This document shows positions 15,787 through 31,349 of a stretch of 64,000 nt of DNA, one piece after another. The translations under genes were made by a program, and so were the position numbers. How positions within the stretch are numbered: position 1 is the stretch's first letter; every line of letters starts with the position of its first letter. The notes below the pieces were generated by a model. It did no database searches. It had not been told where the DNA came from and saw only the letters and a program-made list of their open reading frames with translations. The stretch is from the human T2T-CHM13v2.0 reference genome, Homo sapiens. The stretch lies in the NCBI RefSeq assembly GCF_009914755.1, contig NC_060927.1. One strand, written 5' to 3'.

Positions 15787-16098
15787 TTTTTATTTTTATT
15801 TTTTTTTTTTAATTTTGAGTCAGGGTCTCATTCTGTCATCTAGGTTGAAGTGGAGTGGTGTGATCATGGCTCACTGCAGCCTTGACCTCCTGAGATCAAG
15901 CCGTCTTCCTACCTCAGCCTGCCATGTAGCTGGGACTACAGGGGTACACCACCATGCCTGGATAATTTTTGTATTTTTTGTAGATTTGGGCATGTCCCTG
16001 TGTTGGCCGGGCTGGTCTTGAACTCCTCAGCTCTAGCAGTTCTCCCACGTTGGCCTCCCAAAGTGCTGGGATTACAGGTGTGAGCTACTGTGCTAAGC
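15787..16098 (-). mobile_element. AluJ
   Basis: cagggtctc, gatcatggctcactgcagccttgacctcc and gaactcctcagctc are antisense J diagnostics. Confidence 0.92.
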
Positions 16099-16549
16099 TA
16101 ATAATTCATTTTTTTAATCTAGAAGACTCACAAGGCCTCATCTGGTCCTGACTCTGATATACACCACAAATTTTTGTCTTTCTTTGTTACCCCAATTCCT
16201 AAAATGAGATATTGAGAAGCAATACTTAAAGGAGAACCATATGTATCAAATTCTAAGAATTATTAGATTGAACCACAGGGGACTAATGCTTTTGTGTATT
16301 AAATAAGTAAAACAGTATAATTTCATATGGGTCAACATCATTTAAGTTTTATATTCCCCATTTTTATTTCCACTTATGTAAAAATAATTATAGAAAATAT
16401 ACTATTTTTAAGGTAAACATAATCTTATTATCAAGGAAAAATTACCAGGACGTTTTATATAATTTTATTTCTTATATAAGTCATAAGTGTGAATCAAACA
16501 GCCCTGGCAGCTAGTGTCTGCCATGCTGCTACATCGTAAAGGACACTTT

Positions 16550-17808
16550 AAAAAATACAATGAGTTCCATGAAAATAAAAATACAACATATCCAAATATA
16601 TGGAATGCATGAAATCAGTGCTGAGAGGGAAATTTATAGCACCAAATGCTTACTTTAGAAAATAAAAGTTCTCAAATTAATAATTGAACTTTCTATCTAA
16701 AGAAACTGGAAAAACAATAGTTAGATACTCCCCTGACAAGCAGAAGATGGAAGTAATACAAATAAGGACAGAATCAATAATCTTGAAAACAGAAAAACAA
16801 TAGAGAAAATCAGTGAAGCAAAAAACTGGCTGTAAAGGTCAACAAAATTGATATACTTCTAAAAGACTAAAAACATTTAAAAAGAGAAAATTTAAATTAC
16901 TCATATTAGGAATGAAACAGGGTGTGTGATTATAGACCTTTTAGACATCATAAGAATAGTAAGTAAATATTACAAACAATTCTACATGTAAACTTGACAG
17001 TTTGTTGAAATGAATAAATGCCTCAAAAAGCGCAAACTACCAGAACTCAATATGAAATATATAATCTGAATAACTCCATAACTATTAAAGAATTTGTATT
17101 TATAATTTAACCTTCTCCTTCCCCCCAAAAAACCCTCCAGGCACAGACAGTTGCACTGGTGAATGCTTCCAGGCTTTTAAAGGATAACTAATATTAATTC
17201 TATAAAACCTCTTCCAGAAAATAGAAGAGAGAACACTTTCCAATTCATTTTATGTGATCAGCACTAATTTGATGCCAAAATCTGGCAAAGGCATTACAAG
17301 AAAAAAAGTAAACTATGCAGCAATATTCCACATGAACATATACACAATGCTCAATAAAATATTAGTAAGTTGAATTCAGCCATATGTAAAAGAGTCGTGA
17401 TCAACAACTGAGTGAGGTTAATTACATGAATGCCAAGTTGATTTAATGTTTAAAAATAAATCAATTTAATTCATTATGTTAGAGACTAAAAGGAAAACCA
17501 CATGATCATAACAATTGACACAGCAAAAGCATTTGAAAAATTTAATATTCACATTCATGAGTTTTATATTTTAAAAAATTCATTTTCAATATTTATGAGT
17601 TTTATAAAAACTCAGCAAACTCAGACTATAAGGGAATATACTTAACCTGATAAAAGGCATCTATAAAAATGGCAAACCTAATTTAATATTTAATTGTGAA
17701 ATACGAAATGCTTTCCAGAAAAAAAGTAAGAACGTTTAATCTCAACTCTTCTATTCAACAATGTACTAAAAGTTCTAGTTATTGCAATAAGACGAGTAAA
17801 AGAAATTA
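16550..17808 (+). mobile_element. Old L1M ORF2 relic; 5' part of the host element
   Basis: Degenerate ORF2 sequence gagagggaaatttatagc...aaaccacatgatcat...gcaaaagcatttgaaaaaattt...tattcaacaatgtactaaaagttctag. Confidence 0.85.
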
Positions 17809-18439
17809 GGCCAATCGAGCCAAGATAGCCAATTAGAAGCAGGTGTGGTCTGTGGCATTCACAGAGAGGAATGATCAAAGAGGAGTGTGAATTCAGCACC
17901 TTCAACTGAAATATCCAGGTTCTTGCATTGGGACTGACCAGGCAAACAATCCAACCCACAAAGAACAAAGAAAACTAGGGAGCTGGTGGGACAATGGCCC
18001 AACTGGGAGTGGCACCGAGAGGAACCCCCAACCCCAGCCAAGGGAAGTGGTAGGTGATTATGCAACCTGGACTGGGAAACCATGCTTCTCCCATGGACCT
18101 TTACAATCCATGGATCAGGAGATTCCCTCATGAGCCCACACCACCAGGGCCTTGGGTCTGATACACAGAGCTGTGTGGAGTCTCGGCAGAGCAGCTGTTC
18201 AGGCATAGACAGAGGCCCAGGAGTTTTACATTCTCCCACCCCAGGATTCCTGTCAAGGTGCGAAATCCATCCATACATATACTTAGGAAGGGGGCTAAAT
18301 CCAGGGAGCCAAGCAGCTTATTTCTGAGGGCCCCACTCCCACGGAACCTCATAAGTTAAGACCCACTGGTTTGGAATCCCAACCTGCCAATGGCAGTGGG
18401 TTGGAGTCTGCCTGAGATGGGTCTGAGGTCCTGTGTGGA

Positions 18440-19390
<951 letters not shown>

Positions 19391-19655
19391 CAACCTCCTG
19401 ATGCATGTGGGTTGGCAACAGGTCAGAACCGCCCCGGGATGGAACTTCCACAGGAAGGAGCTTGCTACTATCTTTGCTGTTTTAAAGGCTTCACTGGTGA
19501 TAAGTCCAGGTATGGGAAAAAAACAAGGCAACTGGGATCTGGACCAGACCCCCAGCAAACTTCAGCAGACCTATGATAGAATGGCCTGAGGGCTATTATA
19601 AAAGAAAAACAAACACACAAACAAAAAACAACAGCATTAAAAAAAAAACCCACAA

Positions 19656-19983
<328 letters not shown>

Positions 19984-21984
19984 TTAGCAACCTCAAAGAT
20001 CGAAGGTAGATAAGCCTACAAAGATGAGAAATAATCAACACAAAAATGCTGAAAACTCAAAAAACCAGAGTGCTTCTTCTCAAAATGATTGCAGCACCTC
20101 TCCAGGAAGGGCACAGAACTGGACTGAGGCTGAGATGGCTGAATTGACAGAAGTAAGCTTCAGAAAGTGAGTAATAACAAACTTTGCTAAGCTAAAGGAG
20201 CATGTTATAATGTAATGCAAACAAGCTAAGAATCATGATAAAACATTACAGGAGCTGATAGCCAGAATAGCCAGTTAAGAGAGAAACATAACCAACCTGA
20301 TGGAGCTGAAAAACACAACACAAGAAATTCATAATGCAATCATAAGCATCAATAGCAGAATAGACCAAGCAGAGAAAAGAATCTCAGAGCTTGAAGGTTA
20401 TCTTTCTGAAATAAGATAGACAGACAAGAATAGAGAAAAAATAATTAAAAGGAATGAACAAAACCTCTGAGAAATATGGGATTACGTAAAGAGACTGAAC
20501 CTATGGCTGATTGGGATACCTGAAAGAGACAGGGAAAATGAAAACAAGTTGGAAAACATACTTCAGGATATCATCCAAGAGAACTTCCCCAATTTAGCAA
20601 GACAGGGCAACATTCAATTTTGGGAAATGCAGAGAACCCCAGTCAGATACTCCATGAGAAGATCAACCCCAAGACACCTAACCATCAGACTCTCCAAGGT
20701 TGAAATGAAATAAAAAATATTAAGAACAGCCAGAGAGAAAGGACTGTTCACCTACAAAGGGAAACCCATCATACTAAAAGCAGAACTCTCAGTGGAAACC
20801 CTATAAGCCAAAAGGATTGGGAAGCAATATTCAACATTCTTAAAGAAAATAATTTCCAACCCAGAATTTCATATCTGGCTGAACAATAGTTCATAAGCAA
20901 AGGAGAAATAAGATTTTTTTCAGACAAGCAAATGCTGAGGGAATTTGTCACCACTGGGCCTGCCTTGCAAGAGCTCTTGAAGAAAGCACTAAATATGGAA
21001 AGGAAAAACCATTACCAGCCACTACAAAAACACACTGAAATACATGAGCCAGTGACACTATGAAGCAACCACATAAACAAGTCCTTAAAATAACCACATA
21101 ACCAAGTCTTTAAAATAACCAGCTAGCATCATGATGACAGGATCAAATTCACACATAACAATACTAAATGTAATGTAAATGGGCTAAATGCCCCAATTAA
21201 AAGACACAAAATAGCAAGCTGGATAATGAGCCAAGATGCCATTGGTATTCTGTTTTCAAGAGACCCATCTCACATGCAAAGCACACATATGCTCAAAATA
21301 AAGGGATGGAGAAAAATTTACCAAGTAAATGGAAAACAGAGAAAAGCAGGGGTTGCAATACTACCTTCTGACAGAACAGACTTTAAACGAACAAAGATTA
21401 AAAGAAGACAAAGAAGGGCATTACATAATGGAAAAGGGTTCAATTCAAGAAGAAGAGCTGACTCTCCTAAACGGACTCAATACAGGAGCACCCAGATTCA
21501 TAAAGAAAGTTCTTAGAGACCTACAAAGAGACTTAGACTCCAACACCATACTAGTAGGAGAATTTAACACTCCACTGACAATATTAGGTCATTGAGACAG
21601 AAAATTAACAAAGGTATTCAGAACCTCAACTCAGCTTTGGATCAAGTGGATGTGATAGATATCTACAGAACTCTCCACATAATGGAGACCATATTGTCCA
21701 ATGTGAACATATTGGTAACATAATCAGAAGTAAAACATTCCTCAGCAAATGCAAAATAACTGAGATAATAATAAACAGTCTCTCAGACCATCATGCAATC
21801 AAATTAGAATTCAAGATTAGGAAATTCTCTAAAACCACACAACTACATGAAAATTGAACAACCTGCTCCTGAGTGATTCTTGGGTAAATAATGAAATTAA
21901 GGCAGAAAACAAAAAGTTCTTTGAAACTAATAAGAACAAAGAGACAACATACCAAAATCTTTGGGATGCAACTAAAGCAGTGTT

Positions 21985-23626
21985 TTTTAATTTAATTTAA
22001 TTTTATTTTATTTTGTATATTTTTATTATACTTTAAGTTCTAGGGTACATGTGCACAATGTGCAGGTTTGTTACATATGTATACATATGCCATGTTGGTG
22101 TGCTGCACCCATTAACCTGTCATTTACATTAGGTATATCTCCTAATGCTATCCCCTCCCTCCCCCATCCCACAACAGGCCCCAGTGTGTGATGTTCCCCT
22201 TCCTGTGTCCATGTGTTCTCATTGTTCAATTCCCACCTATGAGTGAGAACATGCGGTGTTTGGTTTTTTGTCCTTGCGATAGTTTGCTGAGAATGATGGT
22301 TTCCAGCTTCATCCTTGTCCCTACAAAGGACATGAACGCATCATTTTTTATGGCTGCATAGTATTCCATGATGTATATGTGCCACATTTTCTTAATCCAG
22401 TCTATCATTGTTGGACATTTGGGTTGGTTCCAAGTCTTTGCTATTGTGAATAGTGCCGCAATAAACACACGTGTGCATGTGTCTTTATAGAAGCATAATT
22501 TATAATCTTTGGGTATATACCCAGTAATGGGATGGCTGGGTCAAATGGTATTTCTAGTTCCAGATCCCTGAGGAATCGCCACACAGTCTTCCACAATGGT
22601 TGAATTAGTTTACACTCCCATCAACAGTGTAAAAGTGTTCCTATTTCTCCACATCCTCTCCAGCACCTGTTGTTTCCTGACTTTTTAATGATCACCATTC
22701 TAACTGGTGTCAGATGGTATCTCATTGTGGTTTTGATTTGTATTTCTCTGATGGCCAGTGATGATGAGCATTTTTTCATGTGTCTTTTGGCTGCATAAAT
22801 GTCTTCTTTTGAGAAGTGTCTGTTCATATCCTTCGCCCACTTATTGATGGGGTTGTTTGTTGTTTCTTGTAAATTTGTTTGAGTTCTTTGTAGATTCTGG
22901 ATATTAGCCCTTTGTCAGATGAGTAGATTGCAAAAATGTTCTCCCATTCTGTAGGTTGCCTGCTCACTCTGATGGTAGTTTCTTTTGCTGTGCAGAAGCT
23001 CTTTAGTTTAATTAGATCCCATTTGTCAGTTTTGGCTTTTGTTGCCATTGCTTTTGGTGTTTTAGACATGAAGTCCATGCCTGTGTCCTGAATGGTATTG
23101 CCTCGGTTTTCTTCTAGGGTTTTTATGGTTTTAGGTCTAAAATTTAAGTCTTTAATCCATCTTGAATTAATTTTTGTATAAGGTGTAAGGAAGGGATCCA
23201 GTTTCAGCTTTCTACTTATGGCTAGCCAGTTTTCCCAGCACCATTTGTTAAACAGGGAATCCTTTCCCCATTTCTTGTTTTTGTCAGGTTTGTCAAAGAT
23301 CAGATAGTTGTAGATGTGTGGTATTATTTCTGAGGGCTCTGTTCTGTTCCACTGGTCTGTATCTCTGTTTTGGTCCCAGTACCATGCTGTTTTGGTTACT
23401 GTAGCCATGTAGTATAGTTTGAAGTCAGGTAGCGTGATGCCTCCAGCTTTGTTCATTTGGCTTAGGATTGACTTGGTAATGTGGGCTCTTTTTTGGTTCC
23501 ATATGAACTTTAAAGTAGTTTTTTTCCAGTTCTGCGAAGAAAGTCATTGGTAGCTTGATGGGGATGGCATTGAATCTGTAAATTACCTTGGGCAGTATGG
23601 CCATTTTCATGATATTGATTCTTCCT
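21985..23626 (-). mobile_element. Younger L1PA (L1PA4/5-like), 5'-truncated 1.64-kb insertion inside the host L1 ORF2
   Basis: Minus-strand ORF2 C-terminal frames at 22226-23610; TSD agcagtgtt at 21976-21984 and 23627-23635; A-rich tail at 21985-22028. Confidence 0.95.
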
Positions 23627-24297
23627 AGCAGTGTTAAGAGGGAAATTTATAGCACTAAGTGCCCACATCAAAAGCTAGAAAGAGGTCTAGTTAACAACCT
23701 AACATCACAACTAAATGAGCTAAAAAACCAACAGCAAACAAACCCCAAAGCTAGCAGAAGGCAAGAAATAACCACGATCAGAGATGAACTGAATGAGATA
23801 GAGACACAAAAAAATCCCTTCAAAAAATCAACAAATCCTGGAGGTGTTTTTTTGAAAAAATTAATAAAAGAAATTGCCACTAGCTAGACTAATAAAGAAA
23901 AAAGAGAGATTATTCAAATAAATACAATCAGAAATGATAAAGGGAATATCACCACTGACCCCACAGAAATAATAACAACCATCAGAGAATACTATAAATA
24001 CCTCTATGCACAGAAACTAAAAAATCTAAGAGAAATGAATAAATACCAGACACGTACACCCTCCCAAGATTGAGCCGGAAAGAAACTGAATCCCCAAATA
24101 GACCAATATTGAGTTCTGAAATTGCGGCAGTAATAAATACCCTACCAACCAAAAAAGCACAGGGCCAGATGGATTCACAGCTGAATTCTACTAGAGGTAC
24201 AAAGAAAAGCTGGTACCATTTCTACTGAAACTATTCCAAAGAATTGAAAAAGAGGCACTCCTCCCTAACTCATTCTATGAGGCCAGCATCATCCTGA

Positions 24298-24510
<213 letters not shown>

Positions 24511-24853
24511 TGAACTCAAGACAGAAACCACATGATCATCTCAATAGATGCAGAAAAGGGCTTTGATAAAATGTAACATCCTTTCATGTTAAAAACTCTC
24601 AATAAACTAGGTATTAAGGGAACATACCTCAAAATAATAAGATCATATATGACAAACTGAAGGCCAATATCACACTGAATGTGCAAAAGCTGGAAGCATT
24701 TCCTTGAAGACTGGCAAAAGACCATGATGCCCTCTCTCACTACTCCTATTCAACATAGTATTGGGAGTTCTGGCCAGGGCAATCAAAGAAGAGAAAGAAA
24801 TTAAGAAGATTCAAATAGGAAAAGAGGAAGTAAAATTATCTTTGTTTGCAGAT

Positions 24854-27800
24854 GAATTTCATATTTGGCCAAACTAAGCTTCATAAGTAAAGGAGAAATG
24901 AAGTCCTTTTCAGACAAGCAAATGCTAAGGGACTTCATTACCACTAGACCTGCCTGATAAGAAGTCCTAAAGGGAGTGCTAAACAGAAATTAAAGAACAA
25001 TACGTGCCACCACAAAACACCCTTAAGTACATAGCCCATTGGCACTACAAAGGAATTAGGCAATCAAGTCTACATAAAAACCAGCTAACAGCATGATGAC
25101 AGAATCAAATCCTCACATATCAATATTGACCTTAAGTGTAAATTGGCTAAATGCCTAATTTAAAAGGCATAGAGCGGCAAGTTGAGTAAAGAAGCAAGAC
25201 CCAACTGTCTGCTGTATTCAAGAGGCTCATCTCACAAGTAACAACACCCATAGACTCAAAGTAAAGGGATGGAGAAAGATCTATCAGGCAAACTGAAAAC
25301 AAAATAGAGCAGGCATTGCTATTCTTATATCAGATAAAACAGGCTTTAAGCCAACAATGATCAAAAAGGACAAAGAAGAATATTGCAAAAATATAAAGGG
25401 TTCAATACAACAAGAAGATTTTACTAGCCTAAATATATACACACCCAATATTAGAGCAATCAGATTTATAAAACAAGTTCTTAGAGATCTACAAAAGGAT
25501 TTAGACAAACACACAATAATAGTGGGGAATTTCAATACCCCACTGACAGCGTCAGACAGATCATTGAGGCAGAAAACTAACAAAGATATTTGGAACTTAA
25601 ACTCAACATTGACCAGTTGGACCTGGACATTTACAGAACACTCCACCCAACAACAACAGAATATACATTCTTCTTACCTGCACATGGCACATACTTTAAG
25701 ATTGACCATATGGTCAGCCATAAAGCAAGTATCAACAAATTAAAAAAAAACACTGAAATCATACCAACTACAGTCTTGGATCACAGCTGAATAAAAATAG
25801 AGATCAATACTAAGAAGATCTATTAAAACTATACAATTATTTGGAAGTTAAACAACCTGCTCCTAAATGACTTTTGGGTAAAGAACAAAATTGAGGAAGA
25901 AATCAAAACATTTTTGGAAACTAATGAAAATAGACACAATATATCAGACTATTTGGGACACAGATAACACTGTGTTAAGAAGAAAGTTTATAGCTCTAAA
26001 CATCTACATTAAGAAGTTACAAAGATCTCAAATAAACAACCTGGTATTGCACCTACCAATTTCAGGAACAAGAAAAACAAGAACAAACCAACCCCAAAGC
26101 AAGCAGAATATAAGAAATAACAAAAATCAGAGCTGAACTCAATAAAATTGAAATGCAAAAATTTATATAAAAGATCAATAAACCCAAAAGTTGGTTCTTC
26201 TAAACATTAAACACGATCGATAGATGGCTAGTTCGATTAATGAAGACAAAAAGAGAGAACACACTCAGAAAAGACAAAAGTGACCATAAAAACAAACCTG
26301 CAGAAACACAAAAATATCCTCAGAGACTATTATGAAAACCTCCATGCATACAAACTAGAAAACTTAGAAGAAATAAACTATTGGAAACACACAACCTCCC
26401 AAGATTGAACCAGAAAGAAATTAAAATGCTGAACAGGCTGATAACAAGTTCCAAAACTGAATGAGTTATAAAAAGCCTACCAACCAAAAAAAAAAAAGCC
26501 CTGGACCAGACAGATTCACAGCTGAATTTTACCTGAGATACAAAAGGAGAGCAGTTAACAATTCTGCTGAAACTATTCCAAAACATCGAGGAAGAGGAGG
26601 GACTCCTACCTAACACTTTCTATGATGCTAAAATCATCCTGCTACCAAATCCAGCAAAGACACAATGATAAAAGAAAACTTCAGGCCAATATCCCTGATG
26701 AACATAGAAGTAAAAATCCTCAACAAAATACTAGCAAACTGAATCCAGCAGCACATCAAAAAGTTAATTCACTACTATTATGTAGGCTTTAATCCTGGGA
26801 TGTAAGATTGATTCAACATACGCAAATCAATAAATGTGATGCACCACATAAACAGAACTAAAAACAAAAACCACATGATCATATCACTGGATGCAGAAAA
26901 AGCATTTGATAAAATTCAACATCCTTCATGTTAATAACTCTCGGCAAATTGGGCATTGAAGAAATATACCTCAAAGTGGTAAGAGCAGTCTATGACAAAC
27001 TCACAGCCAACATCACTGAATGGGTGAAATCTGGAAGCATTCTCCCTTGAGAACTGGAACAAAACAAGGATGCCCGCTCTCACCACTCCTGTTCAATATA
27101 GCACTGAAAGTCCTAGCAGGAGCAATCAGGCAAGAGAAAGAAAGAAAAGGCATCCAAATACGAAGTGAGGAAGTCAAACTATCACTGATGATATGATTCT
27201 ATGCCAAAAACCCCATAGACTTTACCAGAAGGATCCTAGATATGATAAAGAACTTTAGTAAAGTTTCAGGATACAAAAGTCAGTATACAAAAATTAGTAG
27301 CATTTCTATATACTAATAACATCCACATTGAGATCCTAATCAAGAATGCAATTCCATTCACAATAGCCACAAAAAGGAGAAAATACCTCAGAATACCTCT
27401 AACCAAGGAGGTGAAAAATCTCTACAACAAGAATTACAAAATGATGCTGACAGAAATCAGGAAATACACAAATGGAAAAACATTCCATGCTCATGGAGAG
27501 GAAAAAATCAATATTGTTAAAATGGCCATACTGTCCAAAGCAATTTATAGATTCAGTGCTACTCCCATCAAACTACCAAAACCATTTTAACAGAATTAGA
27601 AAAAACTAAAATTCACATGGAACCAAAAAAGAGCCTGAATCACCAAAGCAATCCTAAGCAGAACAAAGCCAAAGACATCACATTATCCAACTTTAAAGTA
27701 TACTACAGGGCTACAGTAACCAAACTAGCATGGTAGTGGTACAATAACAGACACATAGACCAATTGAACAGGATAGAAAACTCAAATATTAATAAATCCA

Positions 27801-29097
27801 TACACTAAAAACCACATGATCTCTGACAAAGTTAACAACAAATAATGGGGAAAGGACTCCCTATTTAATGAATAGTGCTGGGATAACTGGGTTAACCATA
27901 TGTATAAGATTGAAACTAGACCTCTTCCTTTCACTATTTACAAAAAGTAACTCAAGATGGAATAAATACTTAAATGTAAAACCTAAAACAATAAAAACTC
28001 TAAAAGAAAATCTAGTAAATACCATTCTGGACATCAACCTTGGCAAATAATTTATGATTAAGTCCCCAAAAGCAATTGCAACAAAAACAAAAATTGACAA
28101 GTGGGGCCTGATTAAACTAAAGAGCATCTGCACACTAAAAAAAAAAACAAAAAAACTACCAACAGAGTAAATGACCAACAAAATGGGAGAAAATATTCAC
28201 AAACTATGCATCTAACAAAGGTCTAATATCTAATATAAAGTACTTAAGCAATTCAAGAAACAAAAATGAAATAACTTTATTAAAAATGGGCAAAGAACAT
28301 GAACAGACACTTCTCAAGACATACATATAATCAATAAATATATGAAAAATGCTAATCATCACTAATTATTAGAGGAATGCAAATCAAAACCACAATGAGA
28401 CACCATCTTATACCATTTAGAACAGCTATTATCAAAAAGTCATACAACAGATGCTGGCCAGGTTGCAGAAAAATGGGAACACTTATACACTGCTGGTGAG
28501 AATATAAATTCGTTCAGCCACTATGGAAATCACTTAGGCAGTTTCTCAAAGAACTGAAAACAGAATTACTGTTTGACCCAGCCATCCCACTACTGGCTAT
28601 ATACCCAAAGGAAAATAAATCATTCTACCAAAAAGACACTTGCACTCATATGTTCATCACAGCACTATTCACAATAGCAAAGACATGGAATCAACTAAGA
28701 TGCCCATCAATGGTAGACTGGATAAAGAAAATGTGGTACATATATACCACGAAATACTACACAGCCATAAAAAAGAACAAAATCATGTCCTTTGCAGCAA
28801 CACATATGCAGCTGGAGGCCGTTACGCTAAGTGAACTAACACAGGAACAGAAAACCAAATACTACATGTTTTCACTTATAAGTGAGAGCTAAACATTGAA
28901 TACATATGAATACAAAGATGTGAATAATAGACACTAGGGACTGCTCGAGAGGGGAAGGTGGGTTGGGGGCACAGGTTGGAAGGCTACCTATCGAGTACTA
29001 TGCTCACTACTTGGGTGACAAGATCATTTATACACCAAGCTTCAGTAACACGCAATTTACCCATACGACAAACAAACCTGCACGTGTACCCCTGGAA
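24854..29097 (+). mobile_element. L1PA15/16-like element: ORF1 3' end, whole degenerate ORF2 and 3'UTR
   Basis: gaatttcatatttggccaaactaagcttc (ORF1); atgacagaatcaaatcctcacatatc (ORF2 start, 25096); 3'UTR ctacctatcgagtactatgctcactac...cacgcaatttaccc. Confidence 0.9.
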
Positions 29098-29165
29098 CAA
29101 GAGGAACAAGAATAAGAAGAACAGGAAGGAGAATGAGAAGGAGAAGAGAAAGAGAAGAAGAGGAG
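29098..29165 (+). repeat. GA-rich simple repeat in place of the L1 poly(A) tail
   Basis: aagaggaacaagaataagaagaacaggaaggagaatgagaaggagaagagaaagagaagaagagg. Confidence 0.8.
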
Positions 29166-30215
29166 CATTAATTCTAAAAGAAAATATTGATAAATTGGAT
29201 TCCAAACAATTAAAAACTTCTGCTTTGTGAAAGACACCATTAAGAGAATGAAAAGACAAGATACAATCTGGAAGAAAATATTTGCAAATTACATATCTAA
29301 CATCCAATAATACTCCAAACTCAACAATAAGAAAACAACTCAATTTAAAAATTAACAAAATATGTGAACAGATATTTTAACAAAGATATATAGATGACAA
29401 ATAACCACAAGAAAAATGTCAGTATCACTAGCCATTAGGATAATCCAAATTAAATCCACAATGGAATCCAGCTACACATATATTAGAAAGACCGCTATTT
29501 TTAAAAAACAATAAACAATTTCAAGTGCTGACAAGGATGCAGAACAATTAGAACTTTCATACACATTGCTCAGAATGTCAAATGGCACAGCCACTTTGAA
29601 AGAGAGTTTTGCAGTTTCTTAAGAAGTTAAATATATGTTTACTATATGACCTAGGAATCTCACTCCTAGGGATGAGAGAAATGAAAACTTATGTTTATGC
29701 AAACACATATGAAAGTAAAAGCTTACATTTACACAAAAAACCTGTACCTCAATGTTTATAGCAGTTGTATTCACAATCACTCCAAATTGGGAAATAACCC
29801 AGATGCCTTTAAACAGGTGAATAGATTAACTGAGCTACATCAATACAATGGAATACTACTCAACATAAAAAGGAATGAACTATTGCTGTAACAACATGAT
29901 GAATCTCAAAGCCATGCTGAGTGAAAATGCCAGTTATAAAATATAACACATTTATGAGTTTACTCATATCACATTCTAGAAAAAGCAAACTATATGGATA
30001 TAAACACATGAGTGATTGCCAGGATCTAGGGAATGGCATATGGTTTGACTATGAAAGAGAAAGTACAGAGGTTTTTGGTGTGATGGAACTGTTCTGTATC
30101 CTGACTGTGGTCCCAATGATGGTCACAAATCTACACATGTGTTAAAACCTATACAACTCCACCTAAAAAGATCAATTTTTCTGTATATAAATTTTAAAAT
30201 AATTTTTAAATCTTA
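29166..30215 (+). mobile_element. Old L1M (L1MD/ME-type) ORF2 end and 3'UTR
   Basis: ttgataaattgg...ttaaaaacttctgctttgtgaaagacacc; 3'UTR gtgatggaactgttctgtatcctgactgtgg. Confidence 0.85.
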
Positions 30216-30854
30216 AAAAATCATTGCAAGTATAAAATTATCACATAAAAATATGGAAGATCTAGTATAAGTTTCTGTAGAAATGTAGATGAAGTTCAGG
30301 TTGGTTCCTGTAATTTAGAGATTCTTTACTATAGCCAGTTTTCATATCCATAAATCATTCAAATATAATTTAGAGGTCCTAGAACTAATGCAAATTACCT
30401 TGACTTTGGGAAATTCATTAATTTTCTTCAGATTCAGCATCTTCATTTTAAAAATAAGCCATTTTCCTGGTTTACTATTAAAATTACTTTCAGCTCTAAT
30501 ACTATATGACTTCTATGCTCATATAATCTTCGGGCTCAAGCTGTAACTTTCTCTGAGAAAGAGTTTCATAGGATCTCATAAGTAGAAGGTGATTTAACCC
30601 AATTCCCTGCAAAATACATAAATCCTTATACACATTCCTGATAGGATGCTGACAGATATAATTGGCCAGATGTGTTTGAGTGATCATGGTCACATCTAAA
30701 CAAATGGCTACTCTTGGGTTAATCATTACAGATAATAAATGTATATTTAATAGAAATAATTAAATTAATATTTAACTTTTGTCATTTTATAGCAATGTAT
30801 ATTCCCACCAATAGTAGTAAGAGCAAAACCTATGGTCTTAAAATCACCATGGTA

Positions 30855-31313
30855 TGCATCCATGTTCATAGCAGCGTTATTCACAATAGCCAAAGAGTGG
30901 AAGCAACCTAAGTGTCCATTGACAAATAGATAAACAAAATGTGTTATATACATAAAATGGAATATTACTCAGCCTTAAAAAGGAAGAAAATTCTAATACA
31001 TGCTATAACATGGATAAACCCAGAGACATTATGCTAAATGAAATAGCCAGAAAAAAGAAAAAATATTGTGTGATTTTACTCATATGAGTTATCTATAGTA
31101 GTCAAATTCATAGAGACAGAACAAAGAATAGTGGTTGCCAGGAAGAAGAGGGAGGGGAAATGCAGAGTTGTTGTTTAATGAGCATAGAGTTTTAGTATTA
31201 CAAAATGATAAAAGTTCTGGAGATTGGTTGCACAACAATGTGAATGTACTTAACACTACTCTACACTTATAAAATGTATTATCTAACCATTTTCGTGTAT
31301 TTTACCACAACTA
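30855..31313 (+). mobile_element. L1MB 3' end
   Basis: catgttcatagcagcgttattcacaatagcc...gttctggagattggttgcacaacaatgtg...ttttaccacaa; degenerate 15-bp TSD aaaatcaccatggta / aaaaccactatggta. Confidence 0.9.
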
Positions 31314-31349
31314 AAAACCACTATGGTAAATATTATAGTAATATGTATC

